A DNA stretch of 24,000 bases from Pseudonocardia acaciae DSM 45401 (GCF_000620785.1 NZ_JIAI01000018.1:89187-113186), one strand, 5' to 3'; positions 13,880 through 20,968 are shown, counted from the stretch's first letter. The notes: generated by a model not told the origin, from the letters alone. Translations and numbers: made by a program.

Positions 13880-15525
13880 CCGGCGCCGACGCGCTGCTGG
13901 ACGCCCTCGCCGACGGCGGCGTGCGGGCCATCTTCACGGTGCCCGGGGTGCAGCTCGACGCGCTGTTCGACGCCCTGGCCCGTCGGGACGGCGCGTTCCG
14001 GGTCTGGCACACCCGCCACGAGCAGGCCACCTCGTACATGGCCGACGGCTACACCCGGGTCAGCGGCGAGCCGTCCTGCTGCCTGGTCGTTCCCGGACCC
14101 GGGCTGCTCAACGCCACCGCAGGCCTGGCCACCGCGTACGCCCGCAACACCCCGATCCTGTGTGTGGCCGGGCAGATCCCGTCGGCCACCATCGGCGCGC
14201 AGCTCGGCCAGCTGCACGAGCTGCGGGACCAGGCGGCCGCGCTGCGCGCCGTGGTGAAGTGGTCCACCACCGTGATGCGGCCCGGCGAGCTGGGTCCGGC
14301 GGTGGCCGAGGCACTGCGCCGGATGCGCACCGGCCGTCCGCGCCCGGTCGCCGTGGAGGTGCCCCCCGACGTGCTGGAAGCGGCCCGCCCGCCGACCGAC
14401 CGGGCCGCGACCGACCCGGCCGGCCCGGCCGACCCGAGCGACGCGTGGACGCCGGACCCGGATCCGGACGACCTGGACCGGGCCGCCGCGCTGCTCACCG
14501 CGGCGCAACGGCCGTTGGTCCTGGCCGGCGGCGGGGTGCTCGTCGCGGGCGCCTGGGACGAGCTGCGCGAGCTGGCCGAGCGCGCCGGCGCCCCGGTCGT
14601 CATGACGGCCGACGGCAAGGGCGCCCTCGACGCGCGCCACCCGCTGGCCTGCGAGCCGACCCTCGGACCTCGCCTGACGCCCACCGCGGACGTGATCCTG
14701 GCCGTGGGCACCCGCCTCGGCCTCCCGATGGGCCGGCGGCTGCCGTTCGGGCCCGACCAGAGGCTGGTCAGGATCGACGCGGACGCGGCCGAGCTGCGCC
14801 GCGAGGTCAGCCCCGAGATCGCCATCCACGCCGACGCCCGCCTCGCCCTCGCCCAGCTCGCCGAGCGACTGCCCCGCTCCGGCCGAACCCCGAGCTGGCC
14901 CGACCTGACCCGGCTGCGGGAGGACGCGGCGGCCACGGTGCTCGCCCTGAGGCCGCAGGCCCACTACGGCGAGGCGATCCGCCGCGCCGTCCCCGAGGAC
15001 GGCATCGTCGTGGCCGGGATGACCCAGATCGGGTACTGGTGCCGGCTCGGCTTCCCGGTGTGGCGGCCGCGAACCTTCCTCACACCCGGTTACCAGGGCA
15101 CGCTCGGCTTCGAGCTGCCCACCGGGCTCGGCGCCCAGCTCGCCGCGCCGGACACCCCGGTGGTCGTGCTGGCCGGCGACGGCGGGTTCCTGTTCAACGT
15201 CCAGGAGCTCGCCACCGCGGTGCTGCACGACATCCCGGTGGTGGCCGTGGTGTTCAACGACGGCGCCTACGGCAACGTCCGGCGTACCCAGATGGAGCGG
15301 TTCGACGGACGCTGCATCGCCTCGGAGCTGCACAACCCGGACTTCCCGGCGTTGGCGGAGTCGTTCGGGGTGCGCGGGGTCCGCGCGGTCGGTCCGGACG
15401 CGCTGGAGCGTGCCCTCGGCGCCGCGATCGAGGCCCGCCGGCCCACGGTGATCGAGGTTCCGGTCGGGCCGATGCCCGACCCGTGGGCGATGCTCACCAT
15501 GAAACACGAACGAGTAAGTCGTTAA
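13876..15525 (+). CDS. Thiamine diphosphate-dependent enzyme (acetolactate synthase large subunit / benzoylformate decarboxylase-like, 549 aa)
   Basis: GTG 13876 overlaps the upstream stop (GTGA). The N-terminal PYR domain reads GADALLDALADGGVRAIFTVPG..HEQATSYMADGY. The ThDP motif is GDGGFLFNVQELATAV..VVFNDGAYG. It ends with the only TAA stop in the window, inside an AT-rich patch. Confidence 0.9.
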   Translation: MTGADALLDALADGGVRAIFTVPGVQLDALFDALARRDGAFRVWHTRHEQATSYMADGYTRVSGEPSCCLVVPGPGLLNATAGLATAYARNTPILCVAGQIPSATIGAQLGQLHELRDQAAALRAVVKWSTTVMRPGELGPAVAEALRRMRTGRPRPVAVEVPPDVLEAARPPTDRAATDPAGPADPSDAWTPDPDPDDLDRAAALLTAAQRPLVLAGGGVLVAGAWDELRELAERAGAPVVMTADGKGALDARHPLACEPTLGPRLTPTADVILAVGTRLGLPMGRRLPFGPDQRLVRIDADAAELRREVSPEIAIHADARLALAQLAERLPRSGRTPSWPDLTRLREDAAATVLALRPQAHYGEAIRRAVPEDGIVVAGMTQIGYWCRLGFPVWRPRTFLTPGYQGTLGFELPTGLGAQLAAPDTPVVVLAGDGGFLFNVQELATAVLHDIPVVAVVFNDGAYGNVRRTQMERFDGRCIASELHNPDFPALAESFGVRGVRAVGPDALERALGAAIEARRPTVIEVPVGPMPDPWAMLTMKHERVSR

Positions 15526-15539
15526 TGTTTTGTTTCGAA
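15498..15539. promoter_or_regulatory. Candidate operator-like inverted repeat CATGAAAC-N26-GTTTCGAA at the 3' side of paaX
   Basis: Read directly from the sequence: ATGAAAC at 15499-15505, a 26-nt spacer, then GTTTC at 15532-15536. The core and spacing are identical to the repeat at 16485-16530. It overlaps the last codons of the ThDP gene and the 20-bp convergent gap. Function is inferred only. Confidence 0.4.
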
Positions 15540-15545
15540 ATTGAT

Positions 15546-16394
15546 TCAAGTTGGATAGCGGGTCACGGCTTGCTGGTAGTACTTCGCGGCGGGTTCTTCC
15601 AAGATCCCGTAGACGCGCAGGAAGAGCTGGTGGGCAATTCGACCCCGCCAGTCGTTCGGGAGCAGTCGGGGATGCAGGTCCGGATCATGGAATGAGGCGT
15701 TGCGATAGCCGTAGAGCACCTCGACCCGCAGCGCGAACGAGTCCTGGTCGCTGAGATCGGCCAGCGCCGCGTCGTCGAACCGGGAGTAGCGGTCGATGAA
15801 CTCGGCGTACTCCTCGTTGAGGCGCCGCAGGTCCCAGCAGCGGTTCGCCATGACCCGGTCGTGCTCCGCGGAGATGCTGCTCGCGACCAGCGGGTCCAGC
15901 CGCAGCTCGGGCTCCTCGCCGATCTCCTCCAGCGCCGCGTCGAGCCGGTCGTGGCTACAGATCCAGGTGGAGGTCGCCAACGGCCCGAACCCGTGCCAGT
16001 CCAGGATGCGGCGGATGCGGATGCGGGTGGCGCGACGGGCCTCCGGCACCGTGTAGATGATCATTCGCCATCTGCCGTCCCACAGGTCACCGTCGCGCCG
16101 GTAGAGCCGGCCCTCGCCGGCCCGCATGAGCTGGCTGGTCTGGTCGGTCATGGTGATCACGCTGCGCCGGCCCTCGCGCTGCACCGCTACCCAGCCCTCC
16201 CGGCGCAGGCGCGAGATGACGACCCTGGTGGCGTCGGGGGACGTGCCGAAGGCGCCCATGAGCTCGGCCATGGCCTGCATGCTGATGCGGCCCGTGTCGT
16301 GCCGGACGAACCCCCCGAGCAGGTCCAGGACGATCTCACGGGCCGGAATGGTCGGCCGGTCCCCGGTCGACCCACTTGTTCGCGTGCTACCCAC
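15546..16394 (-). CDS. paaX: PaaX-family transcriptional repressor (phenylacetyl-CoA-responsive regulator family)
   Basis: A 282-aa ORF with a GTG start (complement of 16392-16394) preceded by GAGGGG at 5 nt. It has an N-terminal winged-helix region (IVLDLLGGF..ISMQAMAELMGAFG..ATRVVISRLRREGW). The central and C-terminal segments are PaaX-like (WDGRWRMIIYTVPE..R..IRRILDWHGFGPL). Confidence 0.9.
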   Translation of the reverse strand: MGSTRTSGSTGDRPTIPAREIVLDLLGGFVRHDTGRISMQAMAELMGAFGTSPDATRVVISRLRREGWVAVQREGRRSVITMTDQTSQLMRAGEGRLYRRDGDLWDGRWRMIIYTVPEARRATRIRIRRILDWHGFGPLATSTWICSHDRLDAALEEIGEEPELRLDPLVASSISAEHDRVMANRCWDLRRLNEEYAEFIDRYSRFDDAALADLSDQDSFALRVEVLYGYRNASFHDPDLHPRLLPNDWRGRIAHQLFLRVYGILEEPAAKYYQQAVTRYPT

Positions 16395-16484
16395 GGCGGC
16401 CCCTCGGTGAGCTTCGGTTCCCTCGAACTATAGGCAGTCCCCCGGGGTGCCCTCGTCGCCGCGCCGGGCTGCCCGGCCGAGATC

Positions 16485-16530
16485 AATATGAAACTAGTAG
16501 TTGCCGGACGGATAGATTTCGTTTCATACT
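16485..16530. promoter_or_regulatory. Candidate PaaX-type operator: AATATGAAAC-N26-GTTTCATACT in the paaX/MFS divergent region
   Basis: Read directly: 10-bp arms (16485-16494 and 16521-16530) are complementary at 9 of 10 positions, with a 26-nt spacer. The repeat lies in an AT-rich island of the 169-bp divergent gap. The right arm overlaps a -10-like CATACT (16525-16530) that is 18 nt downstream of TTGCCG (16501-16506). Short half-sites about 26-27 bp apart match what I recall of E. coli PaaX operators. Confidence 0.55.
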
Positions 16531-16563
16531 GAGTGTCCTCCGTCACACCATGGGAGCTGCGCA

Positions 16564-17838
16564 ATGTTCCGTTGGGTTGTTGCCGCCTTCCTCACCCTGT
16601 ACACGATGATCAACGTCGTGGACCGGGTCGCGATCTCGGTCGGGACCGAACCGATCACCCGTGAGCTGGGCCTCAACCCCGCGCAGTGGGGGTTGGTGCT
16701 GGGGGTCTTCTTCGTCGGCCTGGTACCGGCAACGATCGCGACCGGCTACCTCGCCGATCGCCACGGCGCCCGGCGATGGCAGCTCATCGGCGCGACCTCC
16801 TGGTCGCTGCTCACCGCGGCGACCACCCTGGTCAACAGCTTCGGAGCGCTCCTGGTGGTGCGGTTCCTGTTCGGGGTCGGCGAGGGGCCCGGCGGCTCCG
16901 TCGGCGGCCGGGTGATCGCCAACTGGATTCCGGCCCGGCAACGCGGCAGGACGTTCAGCATGATCATGGTCGGCATCCAGCTGGCCCCGGCCCTGGGCGT
17001 CCCGCTGATCGCCTGGATCATGGTCGAGCTGGGCTGGCGCCCGGCGTTTCTCATCCTCGGCGGTGTCGGCCTGCTGTGGGTGCTGGCCTGGCGGGTGATC
17101 TTCACCGACGATCCGGCCCGCAACCGATTCGTCGGCGAACGCGAGCTCGCCGTCATCCAGCGGGGCATCACCACACCCGAGCACCTGCGGGCCGTCCCGG
17201 AAACCGGGCTCCGTCCCGACAGGATGAGGACCCTCGCCGGGTGCTTCTGGGGAATGTTCTGCACCGGCTACCTTCTCTACTTCCTGCTCACCTGGTTACC
17301 GGGCTACTTCTCGATGGCTCGAGGGCTGGACCTGAAACAGATGGGTGTGGCGGCGAGCCTGCCCTGGCTCGGTGGGGTCCTCGGCGTGCTGCTCGGGGGG
17401 CTGCTCACCGACCGCATCCTGGCCCGAACCGGCCGGTTCCGCTGGGCGCGGGCCTATCCGGCCTCGGCGGCCCTGCTGGTGTCCGCGATCGGCCTCTACA
17501 TCTGCGCGAGCGCCGTCTCCCTTCCCGCCGCCATCGCCCTGCTCGCCCTGGTCAGCTTCTGCCTCGGCTGGATCGGCCCCGTGCTCAGCTCCGTCGTGCT
17601 CGACGTGACCTGGCGGCGCGCCGGCCTGTTCTCCGGCGTCAGCCAGGCGCTCGAGGCCACCGCGGGCGTCGTCGCACCGGTGCTCACCGGCGTCATCGTC
17701 AACCGATCCGGCTCGTTCGACCTCGCGTTCACCATCGCCGCCCTGGTCGCGGCCAGCGGGGCCGTCGCGGTCTTCGGCCTGGTCCGGCACGCGGGCGACG
17801 CGTCGACGGCGCCGGAACGCCAGAAGGAGTCACGGTGA
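16564..17838 (+). CDS. MFS transporter, anion:cation symporter (ACS) family (OphD/HpaX/DgoT-like organic-acid permease)
   Basis: The N-terminus FLTLYTMINVVDRVAISVGTEPITRELGL and LFGVGEGPGGSV..NWIPARQRGR are typical of ACS-family MFS proteins. GGGAG lies 7 nt before ATG 16564. There are about 12 hydrophobic segments. Confidence 0.85.
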   Translation: MFRWVVAAFLTLYTMINVVDRVAISVGTEPITRELGLNPAQWGLVLGVFFVGLVPATIATGYLADRHGARRWQLIGATSWSLLTAATTLVNSFGALLVVRFLFGVGEGPGGSVGGRVIANWIPARQRGRTFSMIMVGIQLAPALGVPLIAWIMVELGWRPAFLILGGVGLLWVLAWRVIFTDDPARNRFVGERELAVIQRGITTPEHLRAVPETGLRPDRMRTLAGCFWGMFCTGYLLYFLLTWLPGYFSMARGLDLKQMGVAASLPWLGGVLGVLLGGLLTDRILARTGRFRWARAYPASAALLVSAIGLYICASAVSLPAAIALLALVSFCLGWIGPVLSSVVLDVTWRRAGLFSGVSQALEATAGVVAPVLTGVIVNRSGSFDLAFTIAALVAASGAVAVFGLVRHAGDASTAPERQKESR

Positions 17839-17849
17839 GACACGCTCAC
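17835..17849. repeat. Short inverted repeat GTGAG-acacg-CTCAC spanning both convergent stop codons
   Basis: Read directly. The left arm contains the MFS stop TGA (17836-17838). The right arm contains the complement of the acylase stop (17846-17848). Only 7 nt separate the two convergent CDSs. Terminator function is unproven. Confidence 0.4.
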
Positions 17850-20116
17850 TTCGCGAGTTGGCCCGGCGCGTAACTCCGCTCGACATGGCCCTTGAGGTCG
17901 TCGGGATAGAAATAGACGGGCCGGAGGTTGCCGCTCGCGTAGCGTTCGGCCTGGTCGTTGAAGTGCGGCGAGTCGGGATGTCCGCTCGCGCCGCCCGTGG
18001 TGACAGCCCAGGCGCGCACCTTCGGCCCGAACTCCACGGTCGCCACGAAACTGTTGCCGCTGGTGCCGTAATAGCGCTTCGTGCCGGGCCAGCGCTTCGC
18101 CGCGAATGACGCGAGGGAGCCCCACCGGGCGGAGGTGAACGGCACCGGGATGCTCGGCTTGGCATCGTCGAACTTCTGGACGATCGCGCCGTCGTTGCGC
18201 TGGAAGCGGTTGATCTCGCCCCACGGCACCTGCCAGCCGCCGAAATCCTGCGTGAGCCGGTCCATCGCCGATTCGAGCGCCGCGAGCCGCTGCGCATCGG
18301 TGGCGCGGTCGGCCATGTAGTCGGATACCGACAAACCCGCGGCCGCGGCCGGCCGGGCCGAGGTCGCCCAGAGTGCCTCGGCCCAGAAAACGGCCAGCGA
18401 GGTCGGGGTCGATGCCGTGGCCCAGCGATAGTCCCAGCCGCGCAGCAGGCCGATCGGGCCGGCGAGCTTCGCCTTGTGCAGATCGCCCTCGGGGAGGCGG
18501 TCCCACCCCGCGACCAGCCCCGGCACGAGCCGGGCGAAGCCGGTGAGATAGGGATCGAAGGCGGCCGCGATCAGCGTCTCCGGCGTGAAGTCGGTTCGGG
18601 CGCTCAGCACCCGGACCGCGTGCGGCCCGCGCGCGTTCTCCCCGGCACCGTCGAAATAGCGGGGATAGTTCGCGGCCTTGGGGCTGTCCGGGCCGGCGGC
18701 GGTCCATGGCCAGTTGTTCGAGTTGAACGCCCAACCATTCTTCGGATTCACCACCTGGGGCAGGCTTTCGAGGCTGTGCAGCTCACGCCAGTCGGTCGCC
18801 GGATCGCTGCCGTCGACGGGTTTGCGATAGTCGAACCGATCGTCGCGCACCGGCATGAACTGGGGCATCAGGAAGGCGATCTCGCCCTTCGAGTCCGCGA
18901 ACAGCGTGTTGTTCGAGCTGTTGGCCTTGAGTCCGGCCACCTCGAGGAAGCCCGCGTAGTCCCGCGCCTTGGTGCGCAGGAAGCTCTGCTGCAGCGCCTC
19001 GATCGGCTTGTTCATCAGCGCGAACGCGATCCATCTGCCGTCCGCCTCGCGCACGATCGGGCCGTGGTGCGTGGCGAAGGTGGTGAAGCTGCGCTGCGCA
19101 GGCCGGCCGTCCTCGGTGCCGTAGGACAACGTGATCGTCTTCGTCGTCACCGGCCGCAGCGCGTCGCCGTAGCGGTAGGAGTGGCTGCCGTCCGTCCCGG
19201 TCACGATCGTCTCGGCGAACTGGTCGGCATTGTCGACCCCACTCGACGTGTGCATCCATCCGGCGTCGGCGTTGAACCCCTGGTAGATGAAGAACTGGCC
19301 CCAGGTGGCGGCGCCGTAGACATTGAGCCCTTGCTCGCTGGTGACGTGTTGCTCGGAGCGGAAGAAGAAGCTGGTGTGCGGGTTGATCAGGAGCAGCGCG
19401 TGGCCGTCCCGGGTATGGCTCGGCGCGATGGCCATGCCATTCGAGCCGGTGGGCTCGCGGAACAACAACCGGCGCTCGTCATCGGTCATCGGCACCGGGC
19501 GCTTGCCGTAGAAGGCCTCGACCTGGCTCAGTGGCGCTCGCTCGATGTCGCCGCCGATGCTGCCTTCGGAGAAACTCAGCGGCATCCACGGCTCGAACCG
19601 GTTGATGACGCGTGGACGCACCTCGGGATGCGTCGCGAGGTAATAGTTCAGCCCGTCCGCCCAGGCCTGCATCAGCTCGCGCAACCAGGCCGGGCACCGC
19701 TCGTAGTCTCCCTTCAGCACCTCGGGGTCGATGAACAGGCGCTGGCGCAGGTCCTGCCAGATCGCGCTCTCACCCTCGGCCTCGGCGAGGCGGCCGAGGC
19801 TGGTCAGATAGTTGGTCTCGATCCGGTTGAAGTCGTCCTCGGCCTGGGCATAGATCATCCCGAACACCGCGTCGGCGTCGGTCTTTCCCGAAACGTGCGC
19901 GATGCCCCAGTCGTCGCGGGTTATCGTCACGTGCTCCGCCCGCGCGCGTAGGCGGTCGAGATCGGGCGGGGTCTGCGTCTGCGTGGAAGTGGCGGTGCCA
20001 CAGGCCGGCAGTCCCACCGCGACCGCCACGGCACCGGCGGCCAGTCCGGCCGCTCCGCCCAGGACGCGGCGTCGGCTCAGGCCCTTGTTCCGCGCGTTGT
20101 TCATATGTTGGCTCAC
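17846..20116 (-). CDS. Penicillin acylase family (S45 Ntn-hydrolase) protein, predicted Tat-exported lipoprotein
   Basis: A 756-aa ORF. The N-terminus SRRRVLGGAAGLAAGAVAVAVGLPAC combines a twin-arginine motif with a lipobox-like LPAC. The candidate autoprocessing site is TG/SNGMAIAP, with Ser225 at codon 19442-19444. The C-terminus GASGHPDSPHFNDQ is typical of the family. The start may instead be ATG 20102-20104, which is preceded by AGGTGA. Confidence 0.9.
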   Translation of the reverse strand: MSQHMNNARNKGLSRRRVLGGAAGLAAGAVAVAVGLPACGTATSTQTQTPPDLDRLRARAEHVTITRDDWGIAHVSGKTDADAVFGMIYAQAEDDFNRIETNYLTSLGRLAEAEGESAIWQDLRQRLFIDPEVLKGDYERCPAWLRELMQAWADGLNYYLATHPEVRPRVINRFEPWMPLSFSEGSIGGDIERAPLSQVEAFYGKRPVPMTDDERRLLFREPTGSNGMAIAPSHTRDGHALLLINPHTSFFFRSEQHVTSEQGLNVYGAATWGQFFIYQGFNADAGWMHTSSGVDNADQFAETIVTGTDGSHSYRYGDALRPVTTKTITLSYGTEDGRPAQRSFTTFATHHGPIVREADGRWIAFALMNKPIEALQQSFLRTKARDYAGFLEVAGLKANSSNNTLFADSKGEIAFLMPQFMPVRDDRFDYRKPVDGSDPATDWRELHSLESLPQVVNPKNGWAFNSNNWPWTAAGPDSPKAANYPRYFDGAGENARGPHAVRVLSARTDFTPETLIAAAFDPYLTGFARLVPGLVAGWDRLPEGDLHKAKLAGPIGLLRGWDYRWATASTPTSLAVFWAEALWATSARPAAAAGLSVSDYMADRATDAQRLAALESAMDRLTQDFGGWQVPWGEINRFQRNDGAIVQKFDDAKPSIPVPFTSARWGSLASFAAKRWPGTKRYYGTSGNSFVATVEFGPKVRAWAVTTGGASGHPDSPHFNDQAERYASGNLRPVYFYPDDLKGHVERSYAPGQLAK

Positions 20117-20188
20117 CTTTTCGGGGTCGTCTTTGACCCATTCCGCCCCGGATCACGCCACACCACCGGCTCGGCATTGTCAAGATGG

Positions 20189-20968
20189 TCAGCCGGCGGG
20201 ACTCAACCGTGCCTGGATGGCCCGCACCGACCGGCGGAGCGTGGCGGAGAGCTCTCGTTCGGTCGCCGTCTCGGTGTCGTCGCGTTCGAGCAGCAGCCGG
20301 GCCTGCGGGCCGGCGACGGTGACCGCGATCGGCGGCATCCTGGCGGGCCCGTGCACCGCCATCGCCAGCGCCGCCACGCCCGGTTCGGTGTCCTCCACGT
20401 TGCGTGCGTAGCCGCGCCGGCGGACCGCCTCCAGCTCGGTCTCCAGTGCCTCGCGCGTCGGGGTCGACGTCCGGCCGACGGTGAGCAGCGTCGGCTCCGG
20501 GTAGAGCTTGCGCAGCGCGACCACCGGCAGCGTGGCCAGCAGCGCGCGGCCGGCCGAGGCGGCGTGGGCGGGGAGCAGGTCGCCGACCCGGGACTCGACG
20601 CGCATCGTGTGCCGGGAGACGATCGTGTAGAAGAACCGCACGTTGCGGCCGTGCAGCGCGGCCAGGTGGACCGTCTCGCCGGTGGCCGCCTGGAGCTGGC
20701 GCAGCTGGTCCTGGGCGATCGCGATGTAGTCGGCGTCCGAGCTCTCCGGGCGCAGCGCGAGCAGCGCCGGCCCCAGGCAGTACGCGCGGGAGTCCGCCGC
20801 CCGGCGGGCGAACCCCCTGGCCTCGAGCGTCGCGAGCAGCCGGTGCACCACCGAGGTGCCCACCCCGAGGACCTCGGCCGCCCCGGAGACGGTGACCTCG
20901 CTGTGCACCCGCAGCAGCTCGATGAGCTGGAGCGCGCGGTCCACGGTTCGCAGCACGGGAACTGACAT
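20189..20968 (-). CDS. IclR-family transcriptional regulator
   Basis: This is the last 259 codons of track ORF 20189-21856. It has an N-terminal HTH (VLRTVDRALQLIELL..VTVSGAAEVLGVGTSVVHRLLATLEARGF) and a C-terminal effector domain (GRALLA..GYARNVEDTEPGVAALAMAV). Confidence 0.9.
   Translation of the reverse strand: MSVPVLRTVDRALQLIELLRVHSEVTVSGAAEVLGVGTSVVHRLLATLEARGFARRAADSRAYCLGPALLALRPESSDADYIAIAQDQLRQLQAATGETVHLAALHGRNVRFFYTIVSRHTMRVESRVGDLLPAHAASAGRALLATLPVVALRKLYPEPTLLTVGRTSTPTREALETELEAVRRRGYARNVEDTEPGVAALAMAVHGPARMPPIAVTVAGPQARLLLERDDTETATERELSATLRRSVRAIQARLSPAG

Noticed and set aside
14380-14480. A Pro/Asp/Ala-rich stretch (PPTDRAATDPAGPADPSDAWTPDPDPDD) inside the ThDP enzyme that looks like a repeat or insertion.
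   Set aside because: It sits at the expected inter-domain linker between the PYR and middle domains. Such linkers are variable and low-complexity in actinomycete homologues. There is no nucleotide-level tandem repeat.
15542-15547. The exact E. coli PaaX half-site hexamer TGATTC, just outside the paaX stop.
   Set aside because: No GAATCA partner lies about 26-28 nt away on either side. A single hexamer is not evidence. It may simply be part of the extended GTTTC..TTGAT arm described in the findings.
11349-15695. Long ORFs 11349-12695 (-), 12503-13786 (-), 13843-15549 (-), 14160-15695 (+), and the 5' extensions of ORFs 11912-13879 and 13198-15525.
   Set aside because: These are shadow frames over the LigJ-like, aminotransferase and ThDP genes. 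The genuine starts are the coupled ATG 12749 and GTG 13876.
16463-16477. A GC-rich palindrome GCCGGGC-t-GCCCGGC in the paaX/MFS intergenic region.
   Set aside because: It is real in the sequence. However, short GC palindromes are expected by chance at this base composition, a 1-nt loop cannot form a hairpin, and I found no second copy. I do not call it a site.
16550-16609. An upstream out-of-frame ATG (16550) that opens a 19-codon uORF overlapping the MFS start.
   Set aside because: It has no Shine-Dalgarno of its own. The GGGAG at 16552-16556 is positioned for ATG 16564, and the ORF is the tail of a shadow frame (16376-16609). A leader-peptide role cannot be excluded, but nothing supports it.
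20178-20183. A perfect TTGACA -35-like hexamer on the minus strand upstream of the acylase gene.
   Set aside because: No acceptable -10 (TAnnnT-like) hexamer lies 16-19 nt downstream, where the sequences are GTGGCG, TGGCGT and GGCGTG. I therefore do not call a promoter.
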